Positions 1-15,301 are shown, counted from the stretch's first letter. The stretch is DNA of 64,000 bases from Eledone cirrhosa (GCA_964016885.1 OZ024754.1:5456001-5520000); one strand, 5' to 3'. Numbers and translations: made by a program. Notes: generated from the sequence alone by a model not told the origin.

Positions 1-3
1 TCT

Positions 4-35
<32 letters not shown>

Positions 36-37
<2 letters not shown>

Positions 38-162
38 TTTCTTATATGGGCACAAGGCCAGCAATTTTGAGGGAGGGGTAAGTCGATTAAATCGATCACA
101 GTTCGTGACTGGTACTTTATTTTATCGACCCCGTAAGGATGAAAGGCAAAGTCAACATCGGC
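36..162 (-). mobile_element. SINE family A, 3' part (long variant with internal hairpin)
   Basis: Reverse complement of the family core gcctttcatccttacggggtcgataaaataaagtaccag...aattgctggccttgtgcc; flanked by an (AAT)n tail. Confidence 0.85.
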
Positions 163-314
163 AATAATAATGATTTCATTTATTGGCCACAAGGGCCGAC
201 ATATAGCGGACAATACAAAAGACTGGGACAGTGGGGGTTTACATATACAACGTGTAAACAATATAAAATAAATAACAATAACAAAGTAACAAGAAAAATA
301 CCAAAAAAATTCCC

Positions 315-597
315 CAATGTTTTCCTAAAAAATTCTAACCGCATGCTCGTTGTATCGGAGCTGTGATCTCTCAATTCAAAGTAGCGACTCTACCTGTAGG
401 CATTCTCTGATCTCCGAGTTACGCACTATTGGAGCTGTGATCTCTTATTTCGGAGAAGTAGCGGCTCTACCTGGAAGCATTCTCTGATCTCTGAGCTACG
501 CACTATTGGAGCTGTGATCTCTCACTTTGGAGAAGTAGCGGCTCTACCTGGAAGCATTCTCTGATCTCCGAGATACGCACTATTGGAGCTGAGATCA
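315..597 (-). mobile_element. RTE-clade LINE ORF fragment containing a ~75-78 bp tandem triplication
   Basis: Minus strand translates as VRSSEIRECFQVEPLLL..RSQL, resembling the RTE/Expander region after the RT domain. Homologous to 57076-57300. Unit ggagctgtgatctc...acgcactatt starts at ~357, 431 and 508. Confidence 0.75.
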
Positions 598-1050
598 CTT
601 AGTTTGATTCCAAACTTCAATTTTAAATTTAAGAATGATGATGACAAATGATAGACGGGAAATTTGAAACAAGTTAGATAAAATAAATAGCTATTTGGTT
701 TAAGAAGCATTTGGAAAATTTGAAATTTGAAATGTAGTCGTCCCAACAGGAATGACGATAATAATAGGGGATATATATATCACTATATATCTCCCCTTCA
801 TCTAATCCATAACTCCTGATGGACTTGTAGGGGTACCATAGTGTAATACAGCGTTGCTTGGGAAGGTTTTGAGCCCGACAGAGCCCATGCCCTCTCCAGG
901 TCAGAACGCAGCGTATTTCTTCTAACATTTTTTTAAGAATCAGGTAAAATTACGCTTAAAAAGGGAAGAAAAAGGGAGAATTCAACGCAGGATCTATTTA
1001 AGTTTTCTGTCCACTATCCGTCCCTACTGGATTATGGATATATATATATT

Positions 1051-1225
1051 TAGGAACGAGTAGGACCCCGACGGCTGAGCTGAAGCCGTTTCGACGGCTT
1101 ATTCTGGTCTAGTCCAGAATTAGCCGTCGAGACGGCTTCAGCTCAGCCGTCGGGGTCCTACTCGTCTAAGTATTGAGTACTTTGGTGCGTTATGGTCCAC
1201 CTGGTTCCTTACCACATTTCCTTCG

Positions 1226-1227
<2 letters not shown>
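1051..1227. mobile_element. Fold-back element family P1 in (TA)n (PLE-like terminal remnant with hammerhead 3' half)
   Basis: ~55-bp inverted arms 1056-1110/1111-1165, then a tail shared with 28673-28783 and 49276-49514; (TA)n on both sides. Confidence 0.75.
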
Positions 1228-1276
<49 letters not shown>

Positions 1277-1479
1277 TATCTATATATGTGTGTGTAAATG
1301 TATGTATGTGTGTTTGTTTGGTGTATCTATGTATGTATTTATGAATGTATGTATTTATGCATACATGTAAGTATGTATGCATATATATATATATATGTCT
1401 GCATGTCTGCATGCATGTATGTATCTATGTATGCATATATGTTTCTATTTATCCATATATTTATCTATGTATGCTTATA

Positions 1480-2020
1480 TCTATCTATGTACGGATATAT
1501 GTTTCTATATATATGCATATATGTATCTATGTATACATATATCTATCTATGTATGGATATATCTATCTATATATGGATATATGTATCTATGTATACATAT
1601 ATCTAACTATGTATGGATATATCTATCTATATATGGATATATGTATCTATGTATGCATATATCTATCTATGTATGGATATATCTATCTATATATGCATAT
1701 ATGTATCTATGTATACATATATCTAACTATGTATGGATATATCTATCTATATATGGATATATGTATCTATGTATGCATATATCTATCTATGTATGGATAT
1801 ATCTATCTATATATGGATATATGTATCTATGTATACATATATCTATCTATGTATGGATATATCTATCTATATATGGATATATGTATCTATGTATACATAT
1901 ATCTATCTATGTATGGATATATCTATCTATATATGGATATATGTATCTATGTATACATATATCTAACTATGTATGGATATATCTATCTATATATGGATAT
2001 ATGTATCTATGTATGCATGT
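1480..2020. repeat. 60-bp minisatellite built from three ~20-bp subunits
   Basis: Successive 60-nt lines from 1561 to 1980 are nearly identical (atctatctatatatggatatatgtatctatgtatacatatatctatctatgtatggatat). Confidence 0.9.
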
Positions 2021-2404
2021 ATATGTGCATGTATGTCTGCATGAGTGTGTGTCCTCGTGTCCGCTACTAAAATATCCGCCGCTGGAAACCAATACTGGTT
2101 GCCGGAGGACACGCTAAACATGTTACATTCTTTGCTACATCTCTAAGTGGTGATATGATATGCAGAGAGAAGTTGAAAATTGAATTTAGCCGAAAGCCAA
2201 AATTATTTTTCCGTTCATTTGAGACTGAATAAACCTGCATGTTGTTTTAAATGTAATAACTGTCTAATCCTACCCAGCTCCGCTCCCCCACATCAACGTA
2301 CCCTCCTGCACGTCCCTATTCAGTACCAGCACCAGCACCGCCCCCCATAACCTGGTCTCCGCCGCAGCAACGTACGTACCCTCCTGCACCTCCCTATTCA
2401 CAAG

Positions 2405-2960
2405 TACCACCAACATCAGCACCACCGCCAACACTACACCACCACCGCCAACACTACACCGCCGCCGCCAACACTACACCGCCGCCAACACTACACCACC
2501 ACCGCCAACACTACACCGCCGCCGCTAACACTACACCGCCGCCAACACTACACCACCACCAACACTACACCACCACCACCAACACTCCACCACCAACACT
2601 ACACCACCACCAACACTCCACCACCTACACTACACCACCACCAATATAACACCTCCAACACTACACCCCCACCAACACTCCACCACCAACACTACACCCC
2701 CACCAACACTACACCACCAACACTACACCACCACCAACACTCCACCACCACCAACACTACACCACCACCAACACTCCACCACCACCAACACTCCACCACC
2801 ACCAACACTACACCACCAACACACCACCCCCACCAACACTCCACCACCAACACTACACCACCACCAACACTCCACCACCACCAACACTCCACCACCACCA
2901 ACACACCACTACCAACACTACACCACCAACACTACACCACCAACTACACTACACCGCCAC
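2405..2960. repeat. C/A-rich minisatellite (ccaccaacactacacca)n
   Basis: Degenerate ~15-21 bp unit repeated many times. Confidence 0.85.
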
Positions 2961-4971
2961 CCATATTTTATACAGCTATTATGATCATGTTAAATATTAC
3001 CACCACTTCTTCCGCGATGGAAGCGATTGTAAACGGTCATCTTAGCAGTAATGTTATTGGTGCAATGATAGAGGAGGGTGTTGACAATGATGATGATGAT
3101 GATGATGATGGGGAGGAGGAGGAAGAGGATGAGGAGGGAGGGGGGAAGATGAGGAGTGAGGTTGAAAAGGGAACGGAGAAAGCGACGGAGTTGTAGAAAC
3201 AGGAGTAGGAATATGATGCGGAGGAGGAGGAAATGGGTAGGAGGAAGAGAGAGGGGGGGGAGAAGAAGGAAGAGAAGAATGAGGAGGAAGAAAAGAAGGA
3301 GGAGGAGGAGGAGGAGGCGGAGGATAGGGAGGAAACGCATGTACTAGAAACTCAATTGCGCTATTTGGAAATAATATTGTCGTCATTAGCGTGCATCTCT
3401 TATCTATAACATAATTTGCAGGCAAAGACTAATTTAATATAGCAACTCTGTCACTCTCTTGGTAATATGAGCTGCTGTGAAGCTGGATCTATCCCCCTGC
3501 GGTACAGCAGCTTTCTATAATCTCTGATCAACTTACTCTATTCTACATATTTTCCTTAACTTGATCCGTTCCTTTATCAAAAGTGTTTAGACATTCTAGG
3601 AAAGATTATCTATTTATTTCCAATAATAAGCTGACGATTCAGCTATCCACATATTATTTTTGATTTGTTTCCCATGGGCATGAGTTCAGTTCAGTATTCT
3701 TACCGCCAATCGAATCAACACCAGGATACCACTGGTACTGCTATTACCCGGATGCAAGCAGAGTTCATATCCAATTCGGCAATATATTGATTTTAACAAA
3801 GTACCATAACATAAACGAGACATTGTGAAATGCGTGGATAGAATTGTTTTCAAACGGCCAGTGGAATGAATGTTAGGTATTTAGTAGCTAAATCCGGTGA
3901 GAGTTTTAAATTAAGATATGTGACAAAATAAATAAAAGAACGAAAGATATTACACATTTACGTATTAGGGACCTTTTCTCAAAAGTAAATCTCGTGTGAT
4001 CTTAATGGAGAACTGATCTTCTCTATATAGATAAAGGGTTCGATCGGTATTAAAATGCTCAACGGGTATAATCACAATAGCCAATCGGTTTCATGTAATT
4101 CGAGTCTACTTTTAATGATAGATTTAATATATTGATAACAATAATCTCTTTGATTCGTAGGTTTCCTATGTTTCGTTCTGTGAAATGTAAGGTAAATTGA
4201 TATCTTGTGTATGATATTTGTGTAGGTGTTTTAAAAAGAAGAACCCTATGTATTAATCTGTTCTTTAATGTTTATGTATAGTTTACGGACTGTGCTTTCA
4301 ATGTAAGATTTTCTCATGATGTACAGATATTGAATACGTCTCTAAGATCGTGAGCTGAACACCTTAACTATATGGCAATACTGATAGCTGTAATGGTGGT
4401 TGTGCATGTGGTAGTCATAATTCCTTTGATGGGGGAGCGGATGTTGGAGATGGTGACGATGTTGAGAATTTTTTTTTTTTTTTGTAGATGGTGGTGGAGG
4501 TAGTGATATCGGCAGTGCTGATGGAGAGGGTCTGTGGTGGTGTTGTTGTTGATGTTGATAACACATTATTCTCTCTATTCGGGAGATCTAAATCGTTTGA
4601 CCAACCGCTAACAGTAACCATTAACTGACAATCGCCTGCCATATTCTCATCTATTTCATCCTCCTTCTTTTCGTTATCATCATAGACATCATCATCGTCA
4701 TCAACATCATCGTTATCAACATTATCGTCATCAATATCATCATTATCGTCACCCAGACAGACACCACCGCATTATGAGCATTTTCTTCATTGCTATCAGT
4801 TATAGCTTCTCCCACCTTTCATCGCCGACATCTTCTTTTTTTGTCATTGCCATCGTCGTCCTCATTGTCAAATTCATTAGATGATACGTAATTAACTTAG
4901 CTCAATGAATGACTCGGCTAAATGTAATTTTGTCCTTTGCACCTTCTATCATCATACGCTATTCTCTATCA

Positions 4972-5066
<95 letters not shown>

Positions 5067-5221
5067 CCTGCCCATGTTTACTCCTCTTCTTTCTCTCTCT
5101 CTCTCTCACTCTCTCTCCCTTTACACACCATACACAAACACACACATATATATGTATATACAGACATGTAGATAAGAAGATTGATTCGTGCATCTCTCCC
5201 TCTCTCCCTTATTCTCTCTCT

Positions 5222-5357
<136 letters not shown>

Positions 5358-5831
5358 GAAATGCAACTTAGACTATCCTTGTATTTAAACTCACAACGTA
5401 GATCTCCGGAACAATTATCAAATATTCTAATAGTTTTGCCAAATCCACCGCTCCGAACGTTAGTATCTTGTAAAGACAATAATAACACATAAACCATTCT
5501 TACAAGAAGTTATCTTGCCTCTAATGATTAGGTCAGTGGTTAGGTAGATCTGTTTTTATATCAGATATGTCTGCTTGCTGGTCTGGTATGGTCTAGTTAA
5601 TCTTGTCTGGTTTAGCTAGCTACAATGCCTGCTGCCTTGCGTTCTTGTCAGCCATCTTGTTCTTATTACGTGTAATAATATCATTAATATTATTGGATGG
5701 AAAGAACAACAAAATCCTGATTCTGAACCTCACAATAGAGGATAATGAGCTCTTTCAAAGAGTGACCAATACATACATATATACACATATACAGCCATAC
5801 ACACACAGACACACACACAAACACACACACA

Positions 5832-5953
<122 letters not shown>

Positions 5954-5962
5954 TATACACAA

Positions 5963-5995
<33 letters not shown>

Positions 5996-6030
5996 TATAC
6001 ATATATACACACATATACACAGACATACAT

Positions 6031-6065
<35 letters not shown>

Positions 6066-6104
6066 CAGTATATATAGAGCGATTGCTGGGTTAGTTCGGA
6101 TCTA

Positions 6105-6152
6105 GCTGTCGAAAAGGCCGGAGCTCAGCCGTCGGGGTCCTGACTCTTTTCA
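6105..6152 (+). mobile_element. Diverged P1-related fragment in (TA)n
   Basis: gtcgaaaaggccggagctcagccgtcggggtcct matches the P1 core. Confidence 0.6.
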
Positions 6153-6169
6153 TATATATATATATATAT

Positions 6170-6251
<82 letters not shown>

Positions 6252-6299
6252 CAACAATAATTGCTACTATTTCTGTTTAGTCTGTCGACAAAGTCATTT

Positions 6300-6425
6300 C
6301 AAAACCTGGAAAAAAAAAGAAAATTCTGATGTCAATACGATCGATTAAGTCTATTTAAATATAGTACCCTCGCATGGCCGCAATCGAATGACTGGAAACT
6401 TTTAAAAGGGTGAAAGAATAAAATA
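6300..6425 (+). mobile_element. Diverged SINE 3' part (family C tail)
   Basis: gcatggccgcaatcgaatgactggaaac...aaagaataaaa; the related reverse-complement tail lies at ~22040-22090. Confidence 0.45.
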
Positions 6426-7111
6426 ATTTATTCGAAAGAAAACGAAAAAAGAAAAAAGAAAAGACGCATTTATTTTCAGCTCCCTAGAAAGATTCGAAGA
6501 GATGGATCAATTCTACATTTAAAATTCTAGCAGCTCGAGGAACTTTATGATATTCGTTGGACAATCTGGAACTGCAGTGACACATCATTACAGTAGAAAG
6601 GGAAACGGTTTTTGGTTACACATCAAATTATTTATATCTAAGCAAGGCTGAAATATTAAAAGCTTTGCTCTTTCGAGACACAAGTGATATCATATCTATT
6701 TACGTGGTGCTAAGTAGAATGTTCTGTAAGAAGAAAAAGGTGCCAGAACGTGATAATATAGAACTTATTCAAGGACGATCGACAGCAAAAAAATATCTCT
6801 AAGATTTGGTGACAGATTTTAGAAAGTGCGTAATAGGAAAAGAGAGAGCGTTGTTTGTGTGTGTGAGCGTGTGTGTGTGTGTGGGAGGGATAGAGAGAGA
6901 AAAGGGGTGATAGAGTGAGAAAGGAGGTGATAGAGAGGAGGAAGGATGTGATAAAGAGAGAAGGAGTGAGAGAGAGAATGGGTGAGAGAGAGATTAAAAA
7001 AGAAATGCAATGGCTTTATATAAAGATAGAAAAGAGAAGGCTTAAGTACCAGCATATATTTTGCTCAGACTTTCAGATTCTTATAATTATTCAATCAAGT
7101 TCGGAATAATG

Positions 7112-7262
7112 GAAGGTGGCAAATTAACAGACTCGTTAGAATCTCTGCTAGAATGTTTCATTGTATTTGTTTCAGCTTCTTTTGCTCTGAGTTCAAATCC
7201 CGGTAGGGTAAACTTGGCCGTTCATTCTTTAGTGGTCGATGAAAACAGTACCAATCTATTAC
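7112..7262 (+). mobile_element. Old, diverged SINE family A copy
   Basis: B-box gagttcaaatccc followed by a degenerate core gccgttcattctttagtggtcgatgaaaacagtacca. Confidence 0.6.
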
Positions 7263-7490
7263 AGGGTTCGAGCCACAGATTGGAGCAGCAACGGTTATAA
7301 TTATCTACTTCTCTCTCTCTATATATATATATATGAATTTTCTACCCAGTTTCACTCTCAGTACATGGGTTCATACTGGTACTTCACGACTTCATTTGCT
7401 AACAATTCCGTCATGCTGGTTTATACTAAGGGATATATAATTTACCACCAAATATATATTTAAATACATGTATTAATTTGATATTATTTT

Positions 7491-7680
7491 GCGGTGGAAT
7501 GGCAGTATCGGTAGAGGGTCGGACGCCATGCTTTGCAGCAAAGAGTCACGGCCCTTTATGGTCTGAGTTCAAATCCCACCTAGGTTAACTTTGCCTTTCA
7601 TCCTTACGGGGTCGATAAAATAAAGTACCAGTAATACACTGAGATAATTGCTGGCCTTGTGCCAAAAGTAGAAGCAGTTA
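7491..7680 (+). mobile_element. SINE family A, full length (short variant)
   Basis: A-box-like tggcagtatcggtag, B-box gagttcaaatcc, conserved core and tail aattgctggccttgtgccaaaagtagaa. Confidence 0.9.
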
Positions 7681-8121
7681 TTTCACTTACCCACTTCCCT
7701 CTCTTTCTTTCCTTTACTCTCTCAGCATATAAAAACATATCTCATGGTGTATCAACGAGTGACCCTCTACATAGTCGCTCTTTATGCTAGAAATAGCTGT
7801 TAATCTCCCTCAAATCTCAACATACCATCGAAAAAGGACACATTGGATAATGTGCTGCTCGGTTTCCTGCAGTATGGGAAAACAACGGGATGGTTACGGT
7901 AAAACTGCTTTCTATCAGGGCTGACCTGGGTCCCTATAGCCATAACTTATATAGAGAATAAATACTAAGTCTGGGTGTAATAGTGTGTATTGACGTTTTT
8001 GTGTGAGGCTGTATTGTTACGCATGCGTATAAGTCAGTATATATGTGTGAAACATGTATCTATTCATTTACGTGTATATGTGTAAATCATACATATATAT
8101 ATATATATATATGATATACAC

Positions 8122-8348
<227 letters not shown>

Positions 8349-8456
8349 ATGTTCTCAAAAGTGTATACATAAAGGCTGTGCATTCTAATAAATATTGGCT
8401 GTACAGGTAAACAAAGTCTGTATACATTTAAAGGGGACAATCTGTATATATATGTT

Positions 8457-8493
<37 letters not shown>

Positions 8494-8644
8494 GAGAGGA
8501 AGTTGTTTATGCTCGCGTATGCTTGTATTATGTACGTATGTATATATAAATATATGGTTGTGAAACTTGTTTATTTTTGCTCGTGTAAGATTGTATTTGT
8601 GCATGTATTGTCTGCAAATATACATATATATATGTGTGTGCGTG

Positions 8645-8679
<35 letters not shown>

Positions 8680-9228
8680 ATGTGTGTATGTGTGTGTGTG
8701 TGTGCATGTATGTGTGCGTGTGTGCCTATGTCTAAGAGAGGGAAAGAGAAAGTTGTTAAAGACTGTGAAAGCTTCTATTTATTTATATACGTATGTGTAT
8801 GTAAATATATATGTATGAAAATGTAATTTATTTATGCTTCTGTTGTGTGTGTGCTTGATATTAAGGCCTGTGTGTATGAGTAAATGTAGGTCTTAAGTAT
8901 AAAAGCTTATAACTACGCATGTATGTATTCGCTTAATGTGTATTATGCTATGATCGTTAGAATAATTTCAGGTTGATTAATAATAAGATTTATGTAAACA
9001 CAATATATTTGACTTTCTCGTCTCCTACTCCAAACTGGCACCAATGCACAATACCAGTTAAAATGGAAACTTCTAAATGGATGTGCAATGGTAGCTCTTT
9101 TGTTGATCGCTGTAACTAAAACATATGAACCGCCATTTTGTCGCCACTCACTTCCTTCGCTTCCCGCCCTTGTGTTTATTCATTACACTAAATACCCAAT
9201 TGAAGTAGTTCTGTCCATTTACAGAGTA

Positions 9229-9284
<56 letters not shown>

Positions 9285-9420
9285 TTGTGTATGTATATAT
9301 CCATATATATATATCCATATATATATATACATATATATGTATATGAATATATAAATATATATATATGTATATATATACATATATATATATATGTATGTAT
9401 ATATATATATATATATATAT

Positions 9421-9485
<65 letters not shown>

Positions 9486-9554
9486 TATATAAATATATAT
9501 ATATACATATATATATAAATACATACATACATATATACATATATATATATGTGT

Positions 9555-9632
<78 letters not shown>

Positions 9633-9682
9633 TGTATATATATATATATATATACTGTATATACATACATATATATATATAT

Positions 9683-9767
<85 letters not shown>

Positions 9768-9909
9768 CCTATTAATGAGTGGGACAATCCGAGACAATTT
9801 CTTATTTGTCACCACCTTCGCCGGCCTCACTCTCAGCTCGATTAAACCATCCTTATCACCTTCACCATAATAATAATAATTATAATTATTACTCTAAAAC
9901 TATCATTTA

Positions 9910-9946
<37 letters not shown>

Positions 9947-10000
9947 TTAAGTATTAGATTTTTTTTGGTTTGAACGCTATTGTTTTGTTTGTTTTACTAT

Positions 10001-10120
10001 TGATAACATCACAATATTGTCATTAATATCAATATTATTGATAACATCACAATATTGTCATTAATATCAATATTATTGATAACATCACAATATTGTCATT
10101 AATATCAATATTATTGATAT
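10001..10120. repeat. 38-bp tandem repeat x3
   Basis: tgataacatcacaatattgtcattaatatcaatattat at 10001, 10039 and 10077. Confidence 0.9.
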
Positions 10121-10197
10121 CACCATCATACTTATTACAAAGTTTGGTGTTGTTTGACAAAATATGTGAAGGACTTGACTCAATTCTTTGCGATTTG

Positions 10198-10460
10198 TTG
10201 CCTAGTGGTTTGACGTACGATCATGATGTCGTGGGTTCGATTTCTAGACTGTGTTGCGTGTTGTGTTCTTGAGCAAAACACTTCATTTCACGCTGCTCCA
10301 GTATACTCAGCTGAAAATGAGTACCAGCTGGGGGTTTTATCACTTCGATGGACTGGCGTCCTGTCCCGGGGGACTGTCTTGTACTCTCAGTCGCTTCATG
10401 CGACGAGATCGGGTTAAGCACCCGCCTACCGAGTCTTCTGGCTTGAGACAGACTTTAGAC
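10198..10460 (+). mobile_element. tRNA-derived SINE family B (CORE-like central motif)
   Basis: A-box-like gcctagtggt, B-box gggttcgatttc, then ttgtgttcttgagcaaaacactt...gctccagt..actcagctg. Homologues at 21500-21621 and 31155-31299. The CORE assignment is from recall. Confidence 0.7.
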
Positions 10461-10849
10461 TTTAGATTTATTCCGGCCCTTTGTGTCCTGGGTTCAAATC
10501 TCACCGAGGTTCAATTTTATTTTAATTTTTCCGTGGGTGATAAAATAATAGTACTAACCAAGATGTGGGATACGTTTCACTTTCGCCTCATCTAAAACTG
10601 CTTTTCTTTCATTGTTTTTTTTTTTACTATTTCCTTCTTTCGCTCTTTCTTTCTTTCTTTTTACTTTTTTCTTCTTTCGGTCTTTCTTTTTCTTTTATTT
10701 CTTTCTTTCATTCCTTCTTCCTTCCTATTTTTCATTCTTTTACCCTCTTCCATTTAGAATGTGTTTCTAAGTGCTCAACAGTCGAGAATACCTATTGCTG
10801 TCATAAAGCAGATAGAAGTAAAAAACATGCATGATCTATATATGCTTGC

Positions 10850-11290
10850 TTACTTGTTGGCTGGCTGGTTGGCTGGTTGGCTCGTAGGATTAGCTGGTTG
10901 GCTGACTGGGTGGTCGGTGGCTCGTTGCTTGGCTGACTGGTTGGCTAGCTGACTAGCTGGCTAGTTGGCTGGTTGGCTGACTGGCTGGCTGGCTGGTGGT
11001 TGGTTGCTTGGCTGACTGGTTAGCTGGCTGACTAGCTGGCTAGTTGGCTGGCTGGTTGGATGGTTGGATGGTTGGTTGGCTGGTTGGTTGGCTGGCTGGG
11101 TGGTTGGTTGGTTGGTTGGTTGGCTGGTTGGTTGGCTGGCTGGGTGGTTGGTAGGCTGGCTGGTTGGTTTGATGGTTGGCAAGCTGGTTGGCTGGTTCGC
11201 TTGTTGGTTGGTTAACTGTTTGGCTGGCTTCTGGCTGGCTTCTGTGCCTCGCTAGCTCGGTGGCTAGCTGGCTGGTTGGCTGGTTACTGT
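10850..11290. repeat. (TGGY)n tetranucleotide low-complexity tract
   Basis: Direct inspection. Confidence 0.9.
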
Positions 11291-12304
11291 ACATCGATAC
11301 GTTGATGACATTGTTCATCTCCCTCAAATGTATCGATTATACCCCTGATGATCACGCATATGCCATTACAATTCAATCAAGATCTATAGTCACACAATAT
11401 CATCACGTGTCCTCTCACCCTTCAACAACACCGCCATATTGTCTTTTCTCTATATTTCATTCTTTGTCTTCCAGCTACTCTACAATGCTTTTTTTTCTTG
11501 TTCCTGTTGTCTTTCAGATCTATATATGTACACATACACACACACACACATACATACACACACATACATACACACACATACATACACACACATACATACA
11601 CAACACACACACATACACACATACACACAACACACCCACACATACACATACACTACAACACACACACATACACACACACACACAACATATATATACACAA
11701 CACACATATACACACAACACACATATACACATAACACATATATATATACACACAACTCACATATATACATAAAACACATATATACACACAACACAGATAT
11801 ATACACAACTCACATATATATACACAACACACATATAGACACAACATATATATACACACACAACACAGATATACACACAGCATACATATATATACACCCA
11901 ACACAGTTGTATACACACATATACACACAACACTGATGTATACACACAACATATATATATATACACAACACATATACACACAACATATATATATATACAC
12001 TCAACACATATATACACACAACATATATATATATATATACACAACACATATACACACAACATATATATATATACACACAGCACATATATACACACAACAC
12101 ATATATATATACACTCAACACAGATGTATACACACAACACACATATACACACAACACATATATACACACAGCACACATATACACACAACACATATATATA
12201 TACATCTCTTTTCATGATATTTGGATTACATTGAGTTCTTCATACGGATTGGACACTACCGTATATTTTGGTAGATTTATCTACACACACACACATATAT
12301 ATAT

Positions 12305-12652
12305 ATTAGAAAGTGAGGTTTTTTTTACAAAATGAAAAATAACCGAGGTGTCCTACACGAGTGAAAGTATAAAGAAAATGAGATGAAATCGAAAATGCAA
12401 CTGGAGTCTTATTTAAAAAATATATATATATATTTATTTGGTTCCTTTACCGGTTTCGCAGTTCTGCTTTTCAAAAGGTGAGTTGAGATGGAGGGTCTGT
12501 GGTTGTGGGGTGTGAGAAAAACCACAGACCCTCCATCTCAACTCTACCTTTGAAAAGCAGAAGAACTGCGAAACCGGTAAAGGAACCAAATAAATATATA
12601 TATTTAAAAAAAAAATAAAACTCCAGTTGCATTTTCGATTTCATCTCTTTTT

Positions 12653-12657
<5 letters not shown>
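12305..12657. mobile_element. Fold-back element family P2 in (TA)n
   Basis: ~135-bp inverted arms (12371-12505 / 12520-12657) plus a unique tail 12305-12370; near-identical to 46501-46865 in the opposite orientation. Confidence 0.85.
12444..12478 (-). ncRNA. Predicted minimal hammerhead ribozyme (U3-A8 variant), P2
   Basis: Minus strand reads CCUU-UUGAAAA-GCA(GAAC)UGC-GAAACCGGUA^-AAGG. A second copy on + at 12547-12583 has a weaker stem I. Confidence 0.6.
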
Positions 12658-12705
<48 letters not shown>

Positions 12706-13319
12706 TTCATATAACTGCTCTGTAAATCATCTGATGTTTTTACATTGAGCTACTTAACTTACTGGTAATAAGGTAGTAATATATTACTGCCTACCACTAT
12801 TTAGGGTTTGTATAAAAATATATATAACTGCAAAAGGTTTTTGTATTTACATTAAATATTATTTACCATAAATAGTATAATTATATATATATATAATACT
12901 ATATATATATATATGTATTTTCGCTTATATATGTATGTGTGTGTGTTAATTAAGGAAAGCAGAAGGATTTATTTGAATTTATCATTAAGTGTGATTGTTA
13001 TATCTGAAGTCTGTATGTAATCACAGTCACAGTTCCTACACCAATCTCATCATAACAACAGCCCACACTTCCATTACAACCACGTCTACTGTATGTGAGA
13101 ATGTGGGAGAGTGTGTATGAGAGTGTGTGAGAGTGTGTGTGAGAGAGTGTGACAGAGTGTGTGTGTGGTGGTTGAAAGAATGACTCTTCGTTCGTTCACA
13201 TATAATATACAAACAAGCGTGAAGCATTATTTCCTTTATAGAGGGAGAAGTTTCACGGCTTCACTGCTTCCTCCAACAATTACAAAACATAGAACAACAA
13301 CAAAAAAAGAACACCACAA

Positions 13320-14190
13320 ACAGCCAAAAATAAATACGAAAAAAACCCCACCATGATACAAAAAACGTGTAAACAAATGAAGACAGCAACAGCAACAGCA
13401 ACAACAGCAACAGCAGTAGCAGCAACAGCGACAGCAGCAATAGTAACAGTGACAGCAGTAGCAGCAACAGTGACAGCAGCAATAGTAACAGTGACAGCAG
13501 TAACAGCAACAGCGACAGCAGCAATAGTAACAGTGACAGCAGTAGCAGCAACAGCGACAGCAGCAATAGTAACAGCGACAGCAGTAACAGCAACAGCGAC
13601 AGCAGCAATAGTAACAGCGACAGCAGTAACAGCAACATCAACAACTGCAGAAGATACAAAAGAAATAAAAGAATACAACAAATAGCCAAAAATAAATACG
13701 AAAAAATACCAACCATGATACAAAAAATACATGTAAACAAAAGAAGACAGCAACAACAGCAACAACAACAGCAGCAGCAGCAGTAGCAGCAGCGACAGCA
13801 ACAATAGTAACAGTGACAGCAGTAGCAGCAACATCAACAACTGCAGAAGATACAAAAGAAATAAAAGAATACAACAAATAGCCAAAAATAAATACGAAAA
13901 AAATACCAACCATGATACAAAAAATACATGTAAACAAAAGAAGACAGCAACAACAGCAACAACAACAGCAGCAGCAGCAGTAGCAGCAGCGACAGCAACA
14001 ATAGTAACAGTGACAGCAGTAGCAGCAACATCAACAACTGCAGAAGATACAAAAGAAATAAAAGAATACAACAAATAGCCAAATATAAATACGAAAAAAA
14101 TACCAACCATGATACAAAAAAAGACAGCAACAACAGCAACAACAGCAACAACAACAGCAGCAGCAGTAGCAGCAACATCACCAACTGCAG
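13320..14190. repeat. Compound tandem repeat: ~196-bp units carrying (CAG/CAA)n, plus an inner 36-bp array
   Basis: acatcaacaactgcagaagatacaaaag at 13635, 13831 and 14028; 36-bp units at ~13420-13630. Confidence 0.9.
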
Positions 14191-14472
14191 AAGCAGTAGC
14201 GAATATTGTTAACTCATCAAATATTCTCCTTGTGTTTGCCTACTTTATCCCATATTGACTTGTGTAATTAAAGAGGTTAACTCATAGCATTTGCAATGGG
14301 ATTTTATCAATCAGAAAACAGTGAATTAAATTACTCTGTCTGAATATATAAATATATAGAAATTGTGTTGATGTCTTCTTCAAATCTTCAAAATACAATT
14401 TTGAATGAATAAATCAATAAATATACACTATATAACAATAAGGAAAAAATATATAGAAAATTAGAAATATTA

Positions 14473-14531
<59 letters not shown>

Positions 14532-14643
14532 GGGGGGGGGTATATATATATATATATATACGAGTGTTCGTGTGTGTGAAAGTATGGTTATGTATGTATG
14601 TGTATTAATATATGTATATATTTATATATATATATATAAATAA

Positions 14644-14678
<35 letters not shown>

Positions 14679-15238
14679 TAGATATATATACATACACATA
14701 CACAGACACACATATATATATATATATATATATCAGGCGTTTCTCTGCTATAATATCATTTATAGAAATTGCTATTTGGTTTATTCTTTTTTTATTATGT
14801 TGGTGCTGTTATTGTTGTTATTGTTGTTATCACACTATAAGAACAAGAATAAAGTAAAATATCAGTAGGAATATATTTGTATGTTTTAATGGCTGATTTA
14901 TTTAGAAGTCATCACTGCATTATGGAAACCATCTCAACTGAACACAGCAATTGTTAAATTTGCCGTTTTATCACTTTATTACTCACGTTTGACTGAATAA
15001 TCTATACATGACAATTTTTATAACGATCTCTCTGTGAATGGTGGCATCGAATTGTCAGAATTTTTACGACGTCATATATGATTCTTTGCGGTATTCGTTC
15101 CAGCTCTGATGCGCTCTGAGATGAAACCCCGTTGAGATCAACTCAAACTTATCGTCATTTCGTCGTTGATAAATAAATACATTTCCTTTCCATTAGAGGT
15201 GGGGTCAATTCTTTCTTTATATTTATTCATTTATTTGA

Positions 15239-15297
<59 letters not shown>

Positions 15298-15301
15298 TCT
15301 C

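Noticed and set aside
800-1040. Possible MITE with atccataa/ttatggat termini
   Set aside because: Inverted match is short and imperfect, with no second copy in the window.
1298-2117. Y/I/M-rich ORFs here and throughout the track
   Set aside because: Translations of (TA)n, (CA)n and minisatellites.
13261-14184. Mucin-like or signal-peptide-like T/A/V/L ORFs (also 62598-63335)
   Set aside because: Trinucleotide-derived tandem repeats; the larger repeat period (196-197 bp) is not a multiple of three.
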